Shown in pieces: positions 1 through 13,459 of a stretch of DNA of 64,000 nt. The DNA is from Bilabrum cf. latius. Its lineage: Eukaryota. The notes beneath the pieces are model-generated. The model saw only the letters and a list, made by a program, of their open reading frames with translations. It did no database searches and was not told where the DNA came from. How positions within the stretch are numbered: the stretch's first letter is position 1; each line of letters starts with the position of its first letter. The DNA is taken from NCBI GenBank assembly GCA_965178125.1, contig OZ237754.1:124001-188000 (forward strand), given 5' to 3'. Position numbers and translations under genes: made by a program.

Positions 1-1221
1 CTCTTCCTCCCTCTAGTTGGAGGGTAGCCCTGGGATGGCGGCAGGGGAAGGAGGCCAGGCGATCGGCGGGCTGCCCTGCCCGGACTGGACGAGGGGAGGC
101 GTGGCATCTGCCTGCACGAGCGGCACCTGGCTGGGGGTGCGGCTGGGTCCTGAGGCTGCGGTGTAGGGTGAGGATCCTTGTCCCACGGGCTCCGCACCGG
201 CCTCTGACTTGTTCTTCAAGTTCGCGTGCCCCGGGGTGCCGCCACCCACTGCCTGGTTCCCTGGACCGCTGGCATGCTCCACTGCCTGGTTCCCTGGACC
301 GCTGGCATGCTCCACTGCCTGGTTCCCTGGACCGCTGGCATGCTCCACTGCCTGGTTCCCTGGACCGCTGGCATGCTCCACTGCCTGGTTCCCTGGACCG
401 CTGGCATGCTCCGCTGCCTGGTTCCCTGGACCGCTGGCATGCTCCGCTGCCTGGTTCCCTGGACCGCTGGCATGCTCCGCTGCCTGGTTCCCTGGACCGC
501 TGGCATGCTCCGCTGCCTGGTTCCCTGGACCGCTGGCATGCTCCGCTGCCTGGTTCCCTGGACCGCTGGCATGCTCCGTTATGTCACTGCCCTCGGCAGA
601 GGCTGTGCGGCACACTGGCAGGCAGCCAGCGTGGATCGACCACAGCACTAAGAATGTAGCACCAATGCCGACAGGAAATACAGAGCTCCACCCAAGCACC
701 GGTCTCCAGCCCAAGTTTTCCACAAGGACCGCAAGCGGTGCCTGGGCGAGGAGGCTGCCAGCGAGCCCGAACATTATGCCCGCACCGGTCATTGTGCTAG
801 CAAGGCCGCTTGCTTTGAAATGCGTCTCGCTGAGCGTCACAACTCCAATCCAAGCTCCACCGACACCGGCGCCGACTAGTCCTCGAGCAGCTGCCGCCAG
901 TGCAAAGGAGCTCGTGGAGGCAAACCCCAAAGAACCAAGCGCTGCAGCGAACGCACAGCCTGCAAGTACGGGCAGGTGTCCGAAGCGCTGAAAGGCCCAC
1001 CCACATGGCAGCTAGACTGCAATATACGCATAGAAATACGTGGAGGAAAGAACGCCAACGGCGGAGCTATCAATTTTGTAGGCGAGCTGCAGGTCGTCCG
1101 ACACGACCGAGGGCGCCACTCGCTGGAAGAAACTATACGTAAAGAAAAGGGATGCAACCAGCCATGCTACCCAAATATCAAGGGGTGGGAGGTTCGATGT
1201 CGAGCTGCTCGTGGCTGCCAT
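1..1221 (-). CDS. MFS transporter, 3'-partial (runs off the left edge); in-frame TAG at 1012 and 13
   Basis: ORFs 1012..1221 and 13..930 are in one frame, joined via TAG: ...FFQRVAPSVV...STYFYAYIAV*LPCGWAFQRFG..., matching the MFS TM2 motif Y-x3-Q-x-P-x-G-x4-RFG; hydrophobic TM segments follow. Confidence 0.85.
246..575. repeat. Coding minisatellite, 10 x 33 bp (EHASGPGNQA[A/V]) in the MFS central loop
   Basis: Unit cc(a/g)ctgcctggttccctggaccgctggcatgct; 5 copies of each variant, in two blocks. Confidence 0.97.
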
Positions 1222-1540
1222 TATGTGGCTAGATTCGATTGCACAACTGTGTCCGTCATCGCTTCGTCACACACCGTGTGACGGCTCGGGGACACACTGT
1301 GGCCAAGGCCGCCAGCGGGCGTGATTGGCGACTTGTCCACCCCTGTGCAGAATAACCATTGCGGCCTAGAATATATCTGCATCGCAGGAGCCATTGACAA
1401 GGTAGCCTCGTTGCAACCATGATCACAGCATGATGGCAATTACTCTGACCACCCCCGGCCAATCCTCGCGCACCTTTGGGGTGCTGTCACTGCTGCACAC
1501 CCGAGCGCAGTATCGCAAGGCCGCACACCCTTAGTGCGGC

Positions 1541-4500
1541 TTATGACCCGCCCCTCCTGCGCCTCACCTCATCCGCGGGGTCCACCTCGGCCCCCGGCTG
1601 CAGCTGCTGCAGCACGCCCACCTCGATTGGAAGGTCGCCGGGCCCCTGCGGCTCCACGCTCCTCCCGTCCGTGAAACCGACCAGCTTCCAATCAAGCTCC
1701 GCCTTGTCACCCTGGAACACCGGCACGCGCAGCCGCCTCAAGTACGTTCCGCTGCGGGGGCACAGCATGCGCAGCGCCCGCGTCCTCCAGCCCATCTCGG
1801 ACTGGTGGTAGGCCATGCCAGGGATGCCCTCCACCTCCTCGTGGCGAGAGGCGTGCTTGGGCTGCTGGATCGCAGTCATCAGGTCCGCCTTGGTGGAGGC
1901 AAAGCTCAGCGCCGGATACGAGAACAGGCTCTGCACCCACACGTGCCTTCCCCTCCACCGCAGGCCCCTCCACGTGCTGTGGAAGGGGTGGATCTCACGG
2001 ACCCGCTGGTGCTCGAGCAGGGCCCGCCCAGCCGACTCGCCCTCACCAATCGTCACACCCGCCTCTTCCTGCAGCCACGACCGGATCCCCTCGACATCGG
2101 GAAGGTCTGGCTGCACCGCATACGGGGTCAGGCCAACGTGCGGCCGCAGTGAAAGCAGCAGGGCAGCCGCCGGCCCTCCCCATCGCAGCACCGCGGTATC
2201 GCGCAGCGACGTGCGGCCCAGCAGCTGCTCCCTGCCCCCGGCCGCGGCCTCGAAGGCCTTGCGCCCGCCCGCGATCAGCAGCCACTGGGCATACCCTCCC
2301 GCCTTCTGCGCGTCCCGCAGCGGCCCCGGGCTCTCGAAGTCGTCGCCAGGCTTGGCGAACCTGCACCAGGCAGAGCGGTAGAGCGCGTATGCCTCTGCGA
2401 AGGACCGCGGGACGGCCCTGGGATTGCCTGCACCGTCTGTGTCCCACTCAGTGGCCGCCTGCAGCCGGCTATCGACTGCCTGCTGCTCTTTCTTGGCTGC
2501 ATCCGAGGCCCCGCTGGCCGGCTCGGTCCTGCCGTCCGGGCTGCAGCCAGAATCGGTCAGCATGCGGTCCCGCAGGGTCGCAGCGGCCTCACCTGCAGAT
2601 TCCTCCTCCTCCTCCTTTTCCTCCCCGTCATCCTTCGAATCCTCGTCCTCACCATCGGCCATGCGCCACCAGCGCAGCGCCTCCTCTGCCCTCTGCCTCA
2701 TCTCTCCCCCATCGGTCTTGCCTCCCTGCAGGGCATGCTCCAGCTGCTCCAGGTCGCGACGGACGCACGCCGCATCTGGGGCGGGGCGGGACACGAGAGC
2801 GCGCATCCCTGCTGCTACGGGCCCCACCACCGCCCCCACGACGGTCTGCAGCCTCCTGAGCTGCCCGGCCGTGTACCGCACCAGCATGCGCCGGTACAGG
2901 AACGGCAGCGTCCTCCACTGAAGCACCCTCCTGGCCTCTTCCTAGTCCATGGGAAGGTCCGCAGCTGTCTGCGGGCCGTCCTCGCCGCCCTTGCCATTGT
3001 TCCCTGCTCGCCGCGCCTCCACCCTCCTGTCCACTTCCCGCGCCATCTCCTTGCTCTCGAAGGCGTGCACGTCCTCCACCGCCAGCTCCTCGCTGTCGGC
3101 GTCCAGCCAGTCGCCGTCGTCCATGGGCTCGTCGAACTGGTCCGAGGGGAAGCAGTCGCCCGCGTCGTCCTGTTCCCTGCCTCCATCCGCACCGGAGCCA
3201 GCGGCCCGCCCGGCAGCCGCCGCCCCATCCACGGCAGCGTAGAACGCGCCCGCCCTGCGAGCGGCCAGCCGTGCCATGTCGCGCGCGAATGCCACGAAGC
3301 TCCACAGCGCCTCCAGGTCTTCCTCCGTGATGGAGTGTGACGAGTGCGTCACCGTTCCCTCGAAGATCCAGGTGAGGTTCTCGGGCCCCCAGACCTCGGG
3401 CCCGCCCAGCCGGTGGGAGGGCAGCAGGTGCCTGGCGGTGCTCTCGTGCAGGTCGGGGTCCTGGCTGCGCCTCACCGCGGGCATGTGCGTGCCCATCCTC
3501 TCCTTGTGCCAGTAGTGGCCCGTGCGCGACCACTCCACGAAGGTGGTGGGGCGCAGGTAGTACAGCGAGGCGCGGACCCAGTCGGGCGGCGTGCTGGGGT
3601 CCGGGAAGGGCACGCTGTAGAAGAGCCGGTTGACGGGCTCGGCCGCGCCAAGGCACAGCCTAGCCTGCAGCCTCGCCCACACGCTCGAGTTGCTGGGCCC
3701 GTAGGTCCCCAGGTTGCCTCCCACGGAGAATACGTCGGAACCGTTGTTCCCCAGCGGGTCGTAGAAGATGGCCTGGTCCAGCCGCGGGTGCACGGGTGCC
3801 ACGAAGGGCGGCGTGCTCTTCTCATCCGTGGCCATGAAGCGGTACCTGAAGGGCCTCCACTTGAGCCCGCAATCCTCCTCCTCTGGATCCAGGTGCCTGG
3901 GGGCGGCCCCCAGCCTCTGCTCCTCATCATCATCGTCGTCGCCATTGTCGAGGGCGCTGTCTGCTTCCGTGCTCCGGCTCGAGTCGTCATCGTCACCTTC
4001 TTCCTCTTCGGCACCGCCTGCAGCCGCACCCCGGCGGCTGTCTCCGGCCGGCAGACCCGGCGCCTCGTCCTCCCTCGCTCCCTCGAAGACAACCACGTAC
4101 CTGGACGCTGGGTTTGCGTGCGGAGGGAACACACCGTACGCGTGGACGATGCGAAAGGGCTGCCAGAACCGGATCCAGTTCCTGAGGCCGCGCATGAAGG
4201 TGGGCCACTGCTCCAGCGAGGGCCAGTGCATCGCGGATAGTGTCACCCACGAGTTCAGGATGAAGAGGACCAGGAACGCAGGCAGGATCACGCCCAGTGC
4301 CACTGCGAGGAGCAGGGGCACCGACAGGGCCCGCGCGTGCACGACCACGGACCACAGGGCAGAGAAGAGCCCCCCCTCCGAGCCGGCTGCGGCGATGCTG
4401 GACCACGCCTGCGAAGGCAGTACGAGGCCGGTGGCGGCGGGGGTGGCGCCCAGCACGCAGTGGCTCCAGCGGGCAGTGAGGCTGTCCCGCCAGTCGAACA

Positions 4501-5476
4501 GCGGGATGCTTAGCACCGCGGTCAGCAGGTTAAAGTACCCGAAATTTCCCGTGAAGTGGATCCCGAACTGCAGTGCAATGAGCCCCAGCCCCGCGAGAAC
4601 CCTGGGCCAGCCCTGGAAGAAGGCCAGAAAGGGCACGGGAATCTCGATGATGAACATTACGAGCAGATTCACAATGTGCGCGGGGGCGGGGAGCGCGTTG
4701 TAGGCGGCCCAGCCCAGCAGGTTGGTCATGGGCATCCCTATGAAGAAGTTTTTGATGTACAGCTTGTCCCTCGGAGTGGTCCCTATGAACTTGAGCTTCC
4801 CAAACCCGACCATGAGCCTCCACAGCAGCATCCGCATGAGGAAGCTCACCAGCGGGTGCGGCAGGCTGGCAGCCGCGAGCGAGTCGGAGCGCAGCGGCGG
4901 CAGCCACATGGCAAGGAATGAAAGCTCCAGCGCGAGGGTGTCCCAGGGGAATGTTAGGCCCATCGGGACGTCCATCGAGAGCAGGCACACCCACGACACG
5001 ACGAGCAGGGCAGGGCTGCTGGCACCCCCGAATACCGCGACGTGCAGACCAGACAGCGCCCCCACAGCGGCCACCAAGTGGAGCATAAGGTCGGAACTGT
5101 TGATCCAAAACACCGACGGTGCGTTCAAGAACGCGTGCCACTGTGAGGGCAGGTCCTTCAGGGCACGCTTGAGGATGTCCCGCAGCGGACTCGCACCCCG
5201 CGCTCCCGCCCAGGGACCCACTTGAGGCAAAAATGTACCAAAGATCACAAACAAGACTGCACCAAAGCACCGAATAAATACCCCCCACACGAGCTCCGGT
5301 GGGATGCTCGTGAAGCTCTGCATCCCGATCCATGCGGGGTTCAGCCAAAGAGCAGTCCCATTCAGGGCATCTGGCCCGTTCTGGTCGATCAAATACGCAT
5401 TTTCATGCGTAGCGCATGTTGACACGTCGAGTGCGGGTCCTCCTATGGCGGCAACAAGGGCATCAATATACTCCAT
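1541..5476 (-). CDS. Lipase maturation factor (LMF) family membrane protein with a long C-terminal extension; in-frame TAG at 2942, stop TAA
   Basis: Motifs FPWDTLALE, RLMVGFGKLKF, TGNFGYFNLLT, AYGVF, APVHPRLD; ORFs 2942..5476 and 1541..2926 are in one frame. Confidence 0.88.
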
Positions 5477-5740
5477 TTCAATCCCTTAACTGGGAGCTGG
5501 CGCAGTAGGAAGAGGAGTTAACTCTGAGCTTCCAAAATCCGGGAAAAGCTCTGCGTAGCGCTAATAAACAGCTCCACACTGCGTATTGGGCGGCAAGCGT
5601 GGCAGCTAGTGGACAGCGAGGGACCCAGTCAGCGGAGGATCAACTTTACCAGAGCCAGGGTGACGTCAGCAGCACGCTACTTCTCGCTGCACTGTTCGTA
5701 ACTAGCAGTCACATGCAAATACAGATGTATTATGCGCCAA

Positions 5741-8700
5741 TCACGATAGATCCGACTCGAAGCCGTCATCTCGCTCGCTTTCGTTCGATCCGAGCGAGTG
5801 GAAGTCCAAGTCGACGTCCCCGAGCCCCCCACCAGCGGGTGAGCGTCCGAAGGCGGCACCGCGAGGCGCGTCCAACCGACCCCGGGCATCACCAGTTGTA
5901 TCATCAGAACTCGCTGACTGCATTCGCTGCCGTCCCACCAATGGAATTCCACTCCTGCCGAACGAAGACGCACCCTCCGCGGGACCCCCAGCCCCGGCAC
6001 CATAATCGTGCACTGCACCCTGCAGAACCACCTCATCGCCCAGCTCCCCTGAGGCGTCCAAATCTCCCGACCTGTCCAGCCCGCTGCTGTTCCCTGGATC
6101 CCTCCCACTCCTCACGGGCGACTCCGCCGCCGCCTCGCCCTCGGGGATCGCTTGCGGGTATGCCACCGGCTGCCGACTGGCCTGCTAGATGAGGGTCCCG
6201 TGGTGCCGCGCTGCGTGGACGGCGTGCAGCTGCGCCCGGGCGCTGGGAGCCCCACCTCCTCCAGTGCCTGGGACCGCCCCCGCGGCAGAAGCAGGAGAGC
6301 GCCAGCCCATGCCCGGTCCCGGTCCCGGGCCGGCCTCGCCCCACCGTCCACTCGAGATCTCAACGCTTCCGAAGGAGGAGCGGGGCAGGCGTGCGTCTCC
6401 CCCCTCACTCGTCAGGCGGTTATACGCCCGCGAGTCCCCCCCAGGTGTGCCCCTCCCAGGGGTGCCTCCCCCGACCCCGTGCCCATTCCCATTCCCATCT
6501 CTATCCCCATGCCCGACCACTGGGCTCCTCCGGGCAACAGGGGATGCGGGCGAGGAGCCTGTACCCATGGTGCCCATGGTGCCCATGGTTGGGGCTGGCC
6601 CTGAGTCGCCCTTGGAGGAGAGGGCGCTGGCTGGCCGGGGCCGTGCCTGTGCCTGTGCCTATGCCTGTGCCTATGCCTGTGCCTATGCCTGTGAGGGGGA
6701 CACCTCCTCACGTTGGGCCCTGCTATAATCATCGAGCTGGATATCCTCACACTACCCGCTCTCCTCTCCTTCAGGAGGGCTCCCAGGGACACCGCCGCTG
6801 CCGCTGCTCTCCACCCCCGGAGGCGGGAGTAGCATAGAGCGCCCCCCCACCCCCGGAGGCGGGAGTAGCATAGAGCGCCCGCCCAGCGACTGCATCGAGG
6901 TCTCGCGGCCTGCTGCGGCGACCCCTGCCCCACCTGCCGCTGGGCGGACAACACCACCTCCACCACCACCGTGTGGATGTCCCCAGACCGACCCGGAATG
7001 ACTCGTTTCGGCCCTGTCACGGGCGGTGCTGTGCCCTGGAGCACCCCCTGCCTGCAACCCCCTGCCACCGTCCATCTCTGCCTCCCCTGACCCGTGGGTC
7101 GCAGGCCGGCTCACCACGCTCTCACCCGGGATTGACCACGCGCTCGAAGCGGCGCCCCCCACAGGGGTGTGGCGCCCTCGGGCACGACTGCCGAACAGAG
7201 GCATCCCCACCGGCCCCTGGCCCTGCCCCTGGCTGTCCGCAGAGGTGCCCGCACCGCCCGCCCATGCGACCTGTCCAGCCGCCGCTACCTCGCTCACGAA
7301 AGTCTGCCCGCGGATGCTCTTCCGAGCCTGCCTGCTGCGGCGGCGGCCTAGCCGCTCTCTCGGCTGCGAGTAGGAGAATCCACCAATGGATGGAGCCACC
7401 GAGGAGCCCCGACGACCGAGCCCTCCGGGCGCGTCGCTCACGAATGACTCCACGGGCACGGCACCCGCTGGCTGCGTGCCGCCAGGGGCGTTCTGCTGCT
7501 GGCTGTGCTGACCCGCACGAGCACCAGCGCCCATCGGGGACTGCAAGGCAGAGAACCTCGCAGTTCCTGCGGCAGGGACAGAGGACACCAACGCGGGAGA
7601 TCCCATAGGCACGGCATTGCGGTGCTGCCAACCCGTGGTCTAACCCGCGAATCGCCGCTTGCTTATCCCCGCAGACACGGGCATGCTTCCCACACGCATG
7701 TCGAACGGCTCCCCCGGGGCACCCATGTTCCCATCGCGCATCCCGCCAGGAGCTGGCATGCTGCCCACCGCGGGCTGCATCAGATCATCCACCCTCCCGC
7801 TCGCCGCGTGCTTTTGCATGTCTGCCACACGCGCAGCCCCGGGGCCCCCGTCCAGCGGGACCGAATCCATCCTGGCCACCAGGCTAGGGTCATGGCGCAG
7901 CGAGCCGGGCCAGAAGGAGGAGCCCGCGGGAACCGACTCGCTTGCCGCCCAGTCGCGGTGAGACACAGCCACGTCGGCATCGGAGCCACGGCCCGGGGCG
8001 GGGATCCCTCCGATGGGAGTAGCCGCAGTACCCTGCCACCCCGAGGCTCCCGAGGCACCCTGCGCCTGCTGCTGATCGGCTGGGCTCGCGGGCAGGGCCG
8101 TGCGCCGGGCCCCTGATTGCGGGATCATCACGGCGCTGGCACCCGAATGTACGGGCGGGCGGGCCAAGCCATACCCCTGCACGGCAGCGGCCGATGCAGC
8201 AGCCGCAGAGGCGCCTGCGTAGCTCTCCGCAGATCCAACCAAAGGGTCATACCGGCCTTCCGCAACATCCCCCTATGCATAGTCGACATGATGTGACGTC
8301 AGTTCCGCAGCCGCCGCCTCCGCTGCTTTCCGCGCTTTGCGGGCCGCATCATCCGCAAGCTCCGAGACCACCAGCTCGGCCACCTGAAGGCGGAGCTGGA
8401 GCTGGCCCACCTCCACGATCCGGGGCGCCAGCGCCAGCGAGGCAGTGTTGCAGCTCCACTTGGTGCGAAGCATGAGCTGGCCGTGGTGCACGTACCTGCG
8501 AAGATCCGCGAACCGCCGGGTCAGGCGCAGCACGGCGGGCGGCAGCCTCAGCTTCTCCCCCTGCAGGCGGTCTTGCAGCTCCTGCTGCTCGGGGCCCGCT
8601 GCAACCGACCGTGAGGTGCTGTAGCTGCCGACCGAGTCCGCATCGGGGTGCCAGGGTCGGTGCAGCCCCCCTACGGCTGATTGCGCGCTGCCTGGTTCCT

Positions 8701-10023
8701 CTCGCTGGTACTAACGAGCGGGGGTGCGGAACAGCATCGAACTGCCGCCCGTCGAGGAGGAGGAGGGGGGGGCGTTCACCGTCGGCGTGCGGGGCGAGGA
8801 CAGGTCTGCAGCGCCGGATTGCTGCCGCAGCGACCCCGATCCTGCAGCCCGAGCCGCATGGCCCGAGCCCCGCGCGCCAGCTTCAGCCTCCCTACCACCG
8901 CCCGCCCCGTCCTGCGAGCTGTGGTAGTGGGCCGACCCACCCGGCCCCTCTGAAGCACCTCCCTGGTCCTAGTCCTCTTCGTCCGCAGTGCCACCAGTGC
9001 CCGCCGAAGCAAGGCTGGTGTTCCGCAGGTGTCCGCTTCCGCGGGTCCTGCCTGCCCGGCTGCCTGCGCCTCTCGTCCCAGTAGACCCGGAGTCTGCCAC
9101 CGAGCCAGAGGCGGCCCGTTGGTGCCTACTTCCAGGGCTGATGCCGCGCGCGTACCGCACCCCGCCGCTGGCTCCCGCCCCGCTGTCCCTGTCCCTGTCG
9201 TCCTCCAGGGTCACTGGTCTAGAAGTAGCGGTGGCGCGGGAGACCACCCTGGATCGCTAAAAGGCGGAGGCCTTGGGGGAGGCCCCGGAAGCAGGGCCGG
9301 CCCCGCTCCCGCTGCCCTGGCGAGGACTCTGTATGCGCTGTCCCCTAGGAGACCCCTTCACGGCGACTGCAGGGCTAGCTGGCGGAGGGTTAGCATGCTT
9401 GCCAGCCTGATCACGACCCGGCCGCAGCAGCAGTCGAGGCACCGTGGGCTTGTCGCGGTCTCGTTCCCCCTTGATCGAGATGCTTAGCTTTGTAACAGCG
9501 GGGGCGGCTCCACCGGACTCGTGTGCGGCATGCGTGCTAGAGCCGCCCTGGCTGCCCAGCTCCGCATGCTCTGCCGCACCTGCGCTTGAGCCTGTCCGCT
9601 CGTGCCTGTGCGTGCTGGCCGTCATGGCGTCCCCTGTGCGGGCCAGGGTCTTCACCAGCGCAGGGGTCGGCAGCTTGGCAAGTCTCTTGAGGCTGTCCAC
9701 CCGCCTCATCGCGGAATTCCCCTGCCCTTGCTTCCTGGCGCGCAGGTCCAGTCCAGTGGCGGGAATGGCCTGGGCGCCCTCCATGGCCCGCATGAGGTAC
9801 TCGGGCGCGGGGAAGAGAAACCCCATCACGGCCGCGACGCGGTTGGAGCTGTGGGGGTCCAGCGGCATCACGCGCAGGTCCAGGGTGTGCCTCAGTTCCT
9901 GCAGTGCACGGACCTTGACGGCCCACTTGCGGTCGGCTTCCTCCCCCCTGCTGCTGGGGCCACTGCCCTAAGTCGAGCCGCCCCCTTGGCTGCCCGAGCC
10001 ACCGTGCCTGGCGCCGCTGATGA

Positions 10024-10054
<31 letters not shown>

Positions 10055-13000
10055 TCGAACTGCGATCTCGGGCATCCTGCTTCCGCCACCGATGCCAGCG
10101 CCCACGGACGAGCCTCCACCCACGCTGGAGCCGCCCGTGCTGCGCGCCCCCGGCCACCCGACCCTGCCCTTGCTGCTGCTCCTCGCCAGGGCAGAGACCT
10201 CTCTCGCTTCTCGCATCATCTCGTGTGCGGCAGCACCGCCGTAGCCCGCAGTGCCCTCTACAAGCTCTGGCTCGCCGTCTCGCCCTTTGAAGGCGCCTCC
10301 TTTCGTACTCGTCACATCGCTGTTCTCCACGCCCTCAAGCCTGTCCGCGATTGCCACCAGCTGCAGATAGGTATCCAACTTCACTGCGGCCCGAGGACTC
10401 TGGGGGGGCCGGGCCCCTGCAGTGCGCTGCATCCCCGCGGGTGACCTCCCCAGCCGAGGGCCCACGGCAGTGCCTCCTCCTCCCCCGCCTCCATAGCCCG
10501 ATGCACCCGTGCCATAGGACCTGGCTCTCTGGGCCGGAGGGGCGGTCCGCGGGGTGCCTCTGCTGCCACCCACGAGCGGGCTGGCGGCAGTGGGCCTGCT
10601 TGCTCCACCGGTAGATGGCACGGCCTCAGTGGAGTATCCCCCCGGGGATGGCGCCCCTCCCCCATCGCCCCCACTGTCCCCGCCCCCGCCTCCGAGGGAG
10701 AAGAGGCTGCCCACGACTTCCCCTAGCCACTCGATGGCCCGATCCCCGGGCATCTTTGCCTGCTCCGACTCTTCGGGCGTGACGAACCGGCGCTCTCGGT
10801 CCGGGCGGGGCATTCCCCTGGCCCCCCCAGCGGTGGGGGACACCACGGGCTGAGGACCACTCGTCACAGTGCTCGCCTGTCTCCAGTGGGCCGGGACGGT
10901 ACCCGGTGCTCCATACCCGCGGCGCACTGCAGTGCGATGCATCGACGGCGTGGCGAACGCAGGGTCACCGGGACCCCTCCTGCCCATCCCTCGGGGGGAG
11001 GAGAATCGCTGCTGCCCCGGCGTGTGGGTGACACGCAAGGGGCGATCATGCTGAATGCGATCGTGCTGGTGCTGGTGCTGGTGCTGGTGCTGGTGCTGGT
11101 GCTGGTGCTGGTGCTGGTGCTGGTGCTGGTGCTGGTGCTGGTGCTGAGCGCCACGCGTGGTCGTGCGACCTCTGCCCATGCCCCTCCTGCCCCCCGGCTG
11201 CGGCGATAGCTGTGCCGTCACCCGGCTGCCCCCACCCGCCGGGCTGCGCCTCGGGTGCACCATCGTGCCGTGCACCCAGGTCCGTTGCATGGACCGGGGA
11301 CCCACAGACGACCGCGGCCCCACCCCAGTGCCACCCCTCGGCGCCGCCGGAGACCCGCTTCCTCCCGCTCCCGCTGCAGTTGCTGCCTTTTGCTTGGGCA
11401 CGGGACGGATCCCCCACCTCCTGTCCGCGCACAGAGGAGAGGCCTCTGCTCTCCTCTCCAGCTCTGCCCTGACCCAGGCCTCTGCCTGCTTGAGGGCCCC
11501 TCGCAGCACGTGCATGGCCATGGCGCGCCAGTGCAGTCGGGCGATGGCTCTCAGCTCCCCTGCCACCCAGTCCACGTCGATCCCGATGGAGGGGAGACCC
11601 TCGCTGCCGCTGCCTCGGTCGCTCTCGGCTTTCTCGCTGCCCTTCTCCACCGCATGCTCTGAAGGATCCCACGGCAGGTCGGCACCAGCCGAGGGACCCC
11701 TAGATCGAAGGATCCGACCTGCAGTGGAGGCTGCCAGCGGATCGCTCGATGCCTGGCGCTTGCCCCCTGACCCTGACTGGCTTTGGGGCACTACGCCTGA
11801 TATATCGGCATCGCCGGGGGCAGAAGCAGAAGAAAAGACGCCGTCCTGCTTTGCTCCAGAACCAGCACCAGCACCAGCACCCGACCCGGCTTCCCCGGCG
11901 GCCTCCGTCAAGGAGCGGGGGGACACGTCCGCCACCCGGTCGACGAGCGACTCCCGCGCCGACGACTCTCGGGTGCTCCTCTGCAACGCCCCCACCACCC
12001 CCCGCTGCTGCTGCTGCTACTACTGGGGGGGGTTGCCGCCTGCGCCCGTCGGAGGCAAGCCCCCGCGGCCGTCCCCCCGCCCGCGCGGCGCCCCCACCCA
12101 CGGCCTGCCCTCACCCCAGTCGTGCAGTCGCCTGCACAGCGCCTACAACCTCCTGACGCACTCCGCATCCTCCGCCCTCGCCCGCGCCGCAAGAGCCCTC
12201 CGGAGCCCCTTGAGCTCCTGGGAGGCCAGCTCGTCCCAGCGGTTCTGCTGGTGCAGCTGCCTCCTGAGGCGCGCCAGCTTGCGACGCACCGCTTTCACCC
12301 GCCTGCCACAGGCCAGCCTGAGCCCCGGGAGGTGCTCCACGGGCGCCATCTGGGCGTGCCTCTCGAGCTCCTGGCCCGCGACCTGCTCCAGCTGCACCGT
12401 GTCCATCGACTCGACCGAGGAGGACGAAGAGGAAGCCACGGAGCCTACAGCCGACTTTGAGCGGTGTCTTGCACGCTACCCTTGGGTGTTGCTCGGCTGG
12501 GCAGTCCCCAGGGACTGTTCGGGGAGGTTATCTGTCAACGCACCGTCGATGACTGGCGCCCGACCCGCTGACGCCGCGATCGTAGCGGGGCCGTCGTTTC
12601 CGGGCACAGCGCCACCATTCACCATATCAGAGTTAATGTGCTGGCTTGTGCTTTCTTTTGGCGCCGTAGTGGCCCCTGCAGGCGAACGGGCGCCGTCGCC
12701 AACGTCAGCCTCCCGAAGCTGCTGGAACAGGGCTCGAGTCACCGGAAGGGATGGAAGTCCGCCACTTGAAGGCCCTAGCTGCTCAGATACTTGTGAAGAT
12801 AACCCGCCTGGCGCATCTTGGCCTGGAGAGGCAGCCGCAAGCGATGCGTACCATTCCCCCTCTTGCGCTGCCGATTTAGTCACGCGGTCAACGTCCCAAA
12901 GCTAAGGCGCTTGCCGCTTCCCCGCTTTACAGGTGGTCTCAATGCGCGAACCCAGCCTCTATTCATGGCCATATTGCGGCCTTGGATAGTCGGTCGGCAA

Positions 13001-13276
13001 GTCTGTCGAGAGCTTCGCTCGGCGAGGCGAGACCGGCTTGCTGAACGGAGCTTGGGCACCCATCGACCTTGCCTCGGCCCTACTAATTCTGTTGCAGTAC
13101 CCTCCAGCTGTGGCTAGAACTACAGATGGTGCGGCCCCGCTGAGAGATCGTCGCCGTGGGTGCCCACGGGCCTTCGGCGAAACATTGGCTGCCTTCGGTG
13201 AGGCCCCACCAAAGTCGAGAGCGCGCGGCAGCACGTCGGCGTGTGAAGCAGCCCTCGCCCTGTTCACTGTTGACAT
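5741..13276 (-). CDS. Large (~2500 aa) low-complexity protein with short coiled coils, function unknown
   Basis: Eleven track ORFs (12959, 12476, 12143, 9968, 9257, 8969, 8273, 7640, 6752, 6185, 5741) share one frame; every internal stop is TAG and the terminal stop is TGA. Confidence 0.8.
11063..11146. repeat. (GTGCTG)14 microsatellite encoding a (QH)n tract on the minus strand
   Basis: Perfect hexamer run seen directly. Confidence 0.95.
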
Positions 13277-13459
13277 GATATCAGCAAGCAGAAAGGTTTG
13301 ATTCCATCGCTATTCAGCTGGAGTGTGTCCCACGCCACACCTGCCCACGCCCTTGAGATGATGACGATCCTGCCTGCCAAATTGGCACTGAAAGGACCAC
13401 ACCCATAGCTGCGTGCCAGCTTGGCGTCGTCAAAATAAGTGCATAAATCGTTTTCAAAG

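Noticed and set aside
6811-6880. 36-bp two-copy repeat as a regulatory or mobile feature
   Set aside because: Simple in-frame coding duplication (GGRSMLLPPPGV x2) within the large minus-strand gene
11157-12905. Long antisense or alternate-frame ORFs (e.g. 11157..12905 +, 22280..24259 -, 13946..15190 -)
   Set aside because: Shadow ORFs expected at high GC, opposite better-supported genes, with no recognisable motifs
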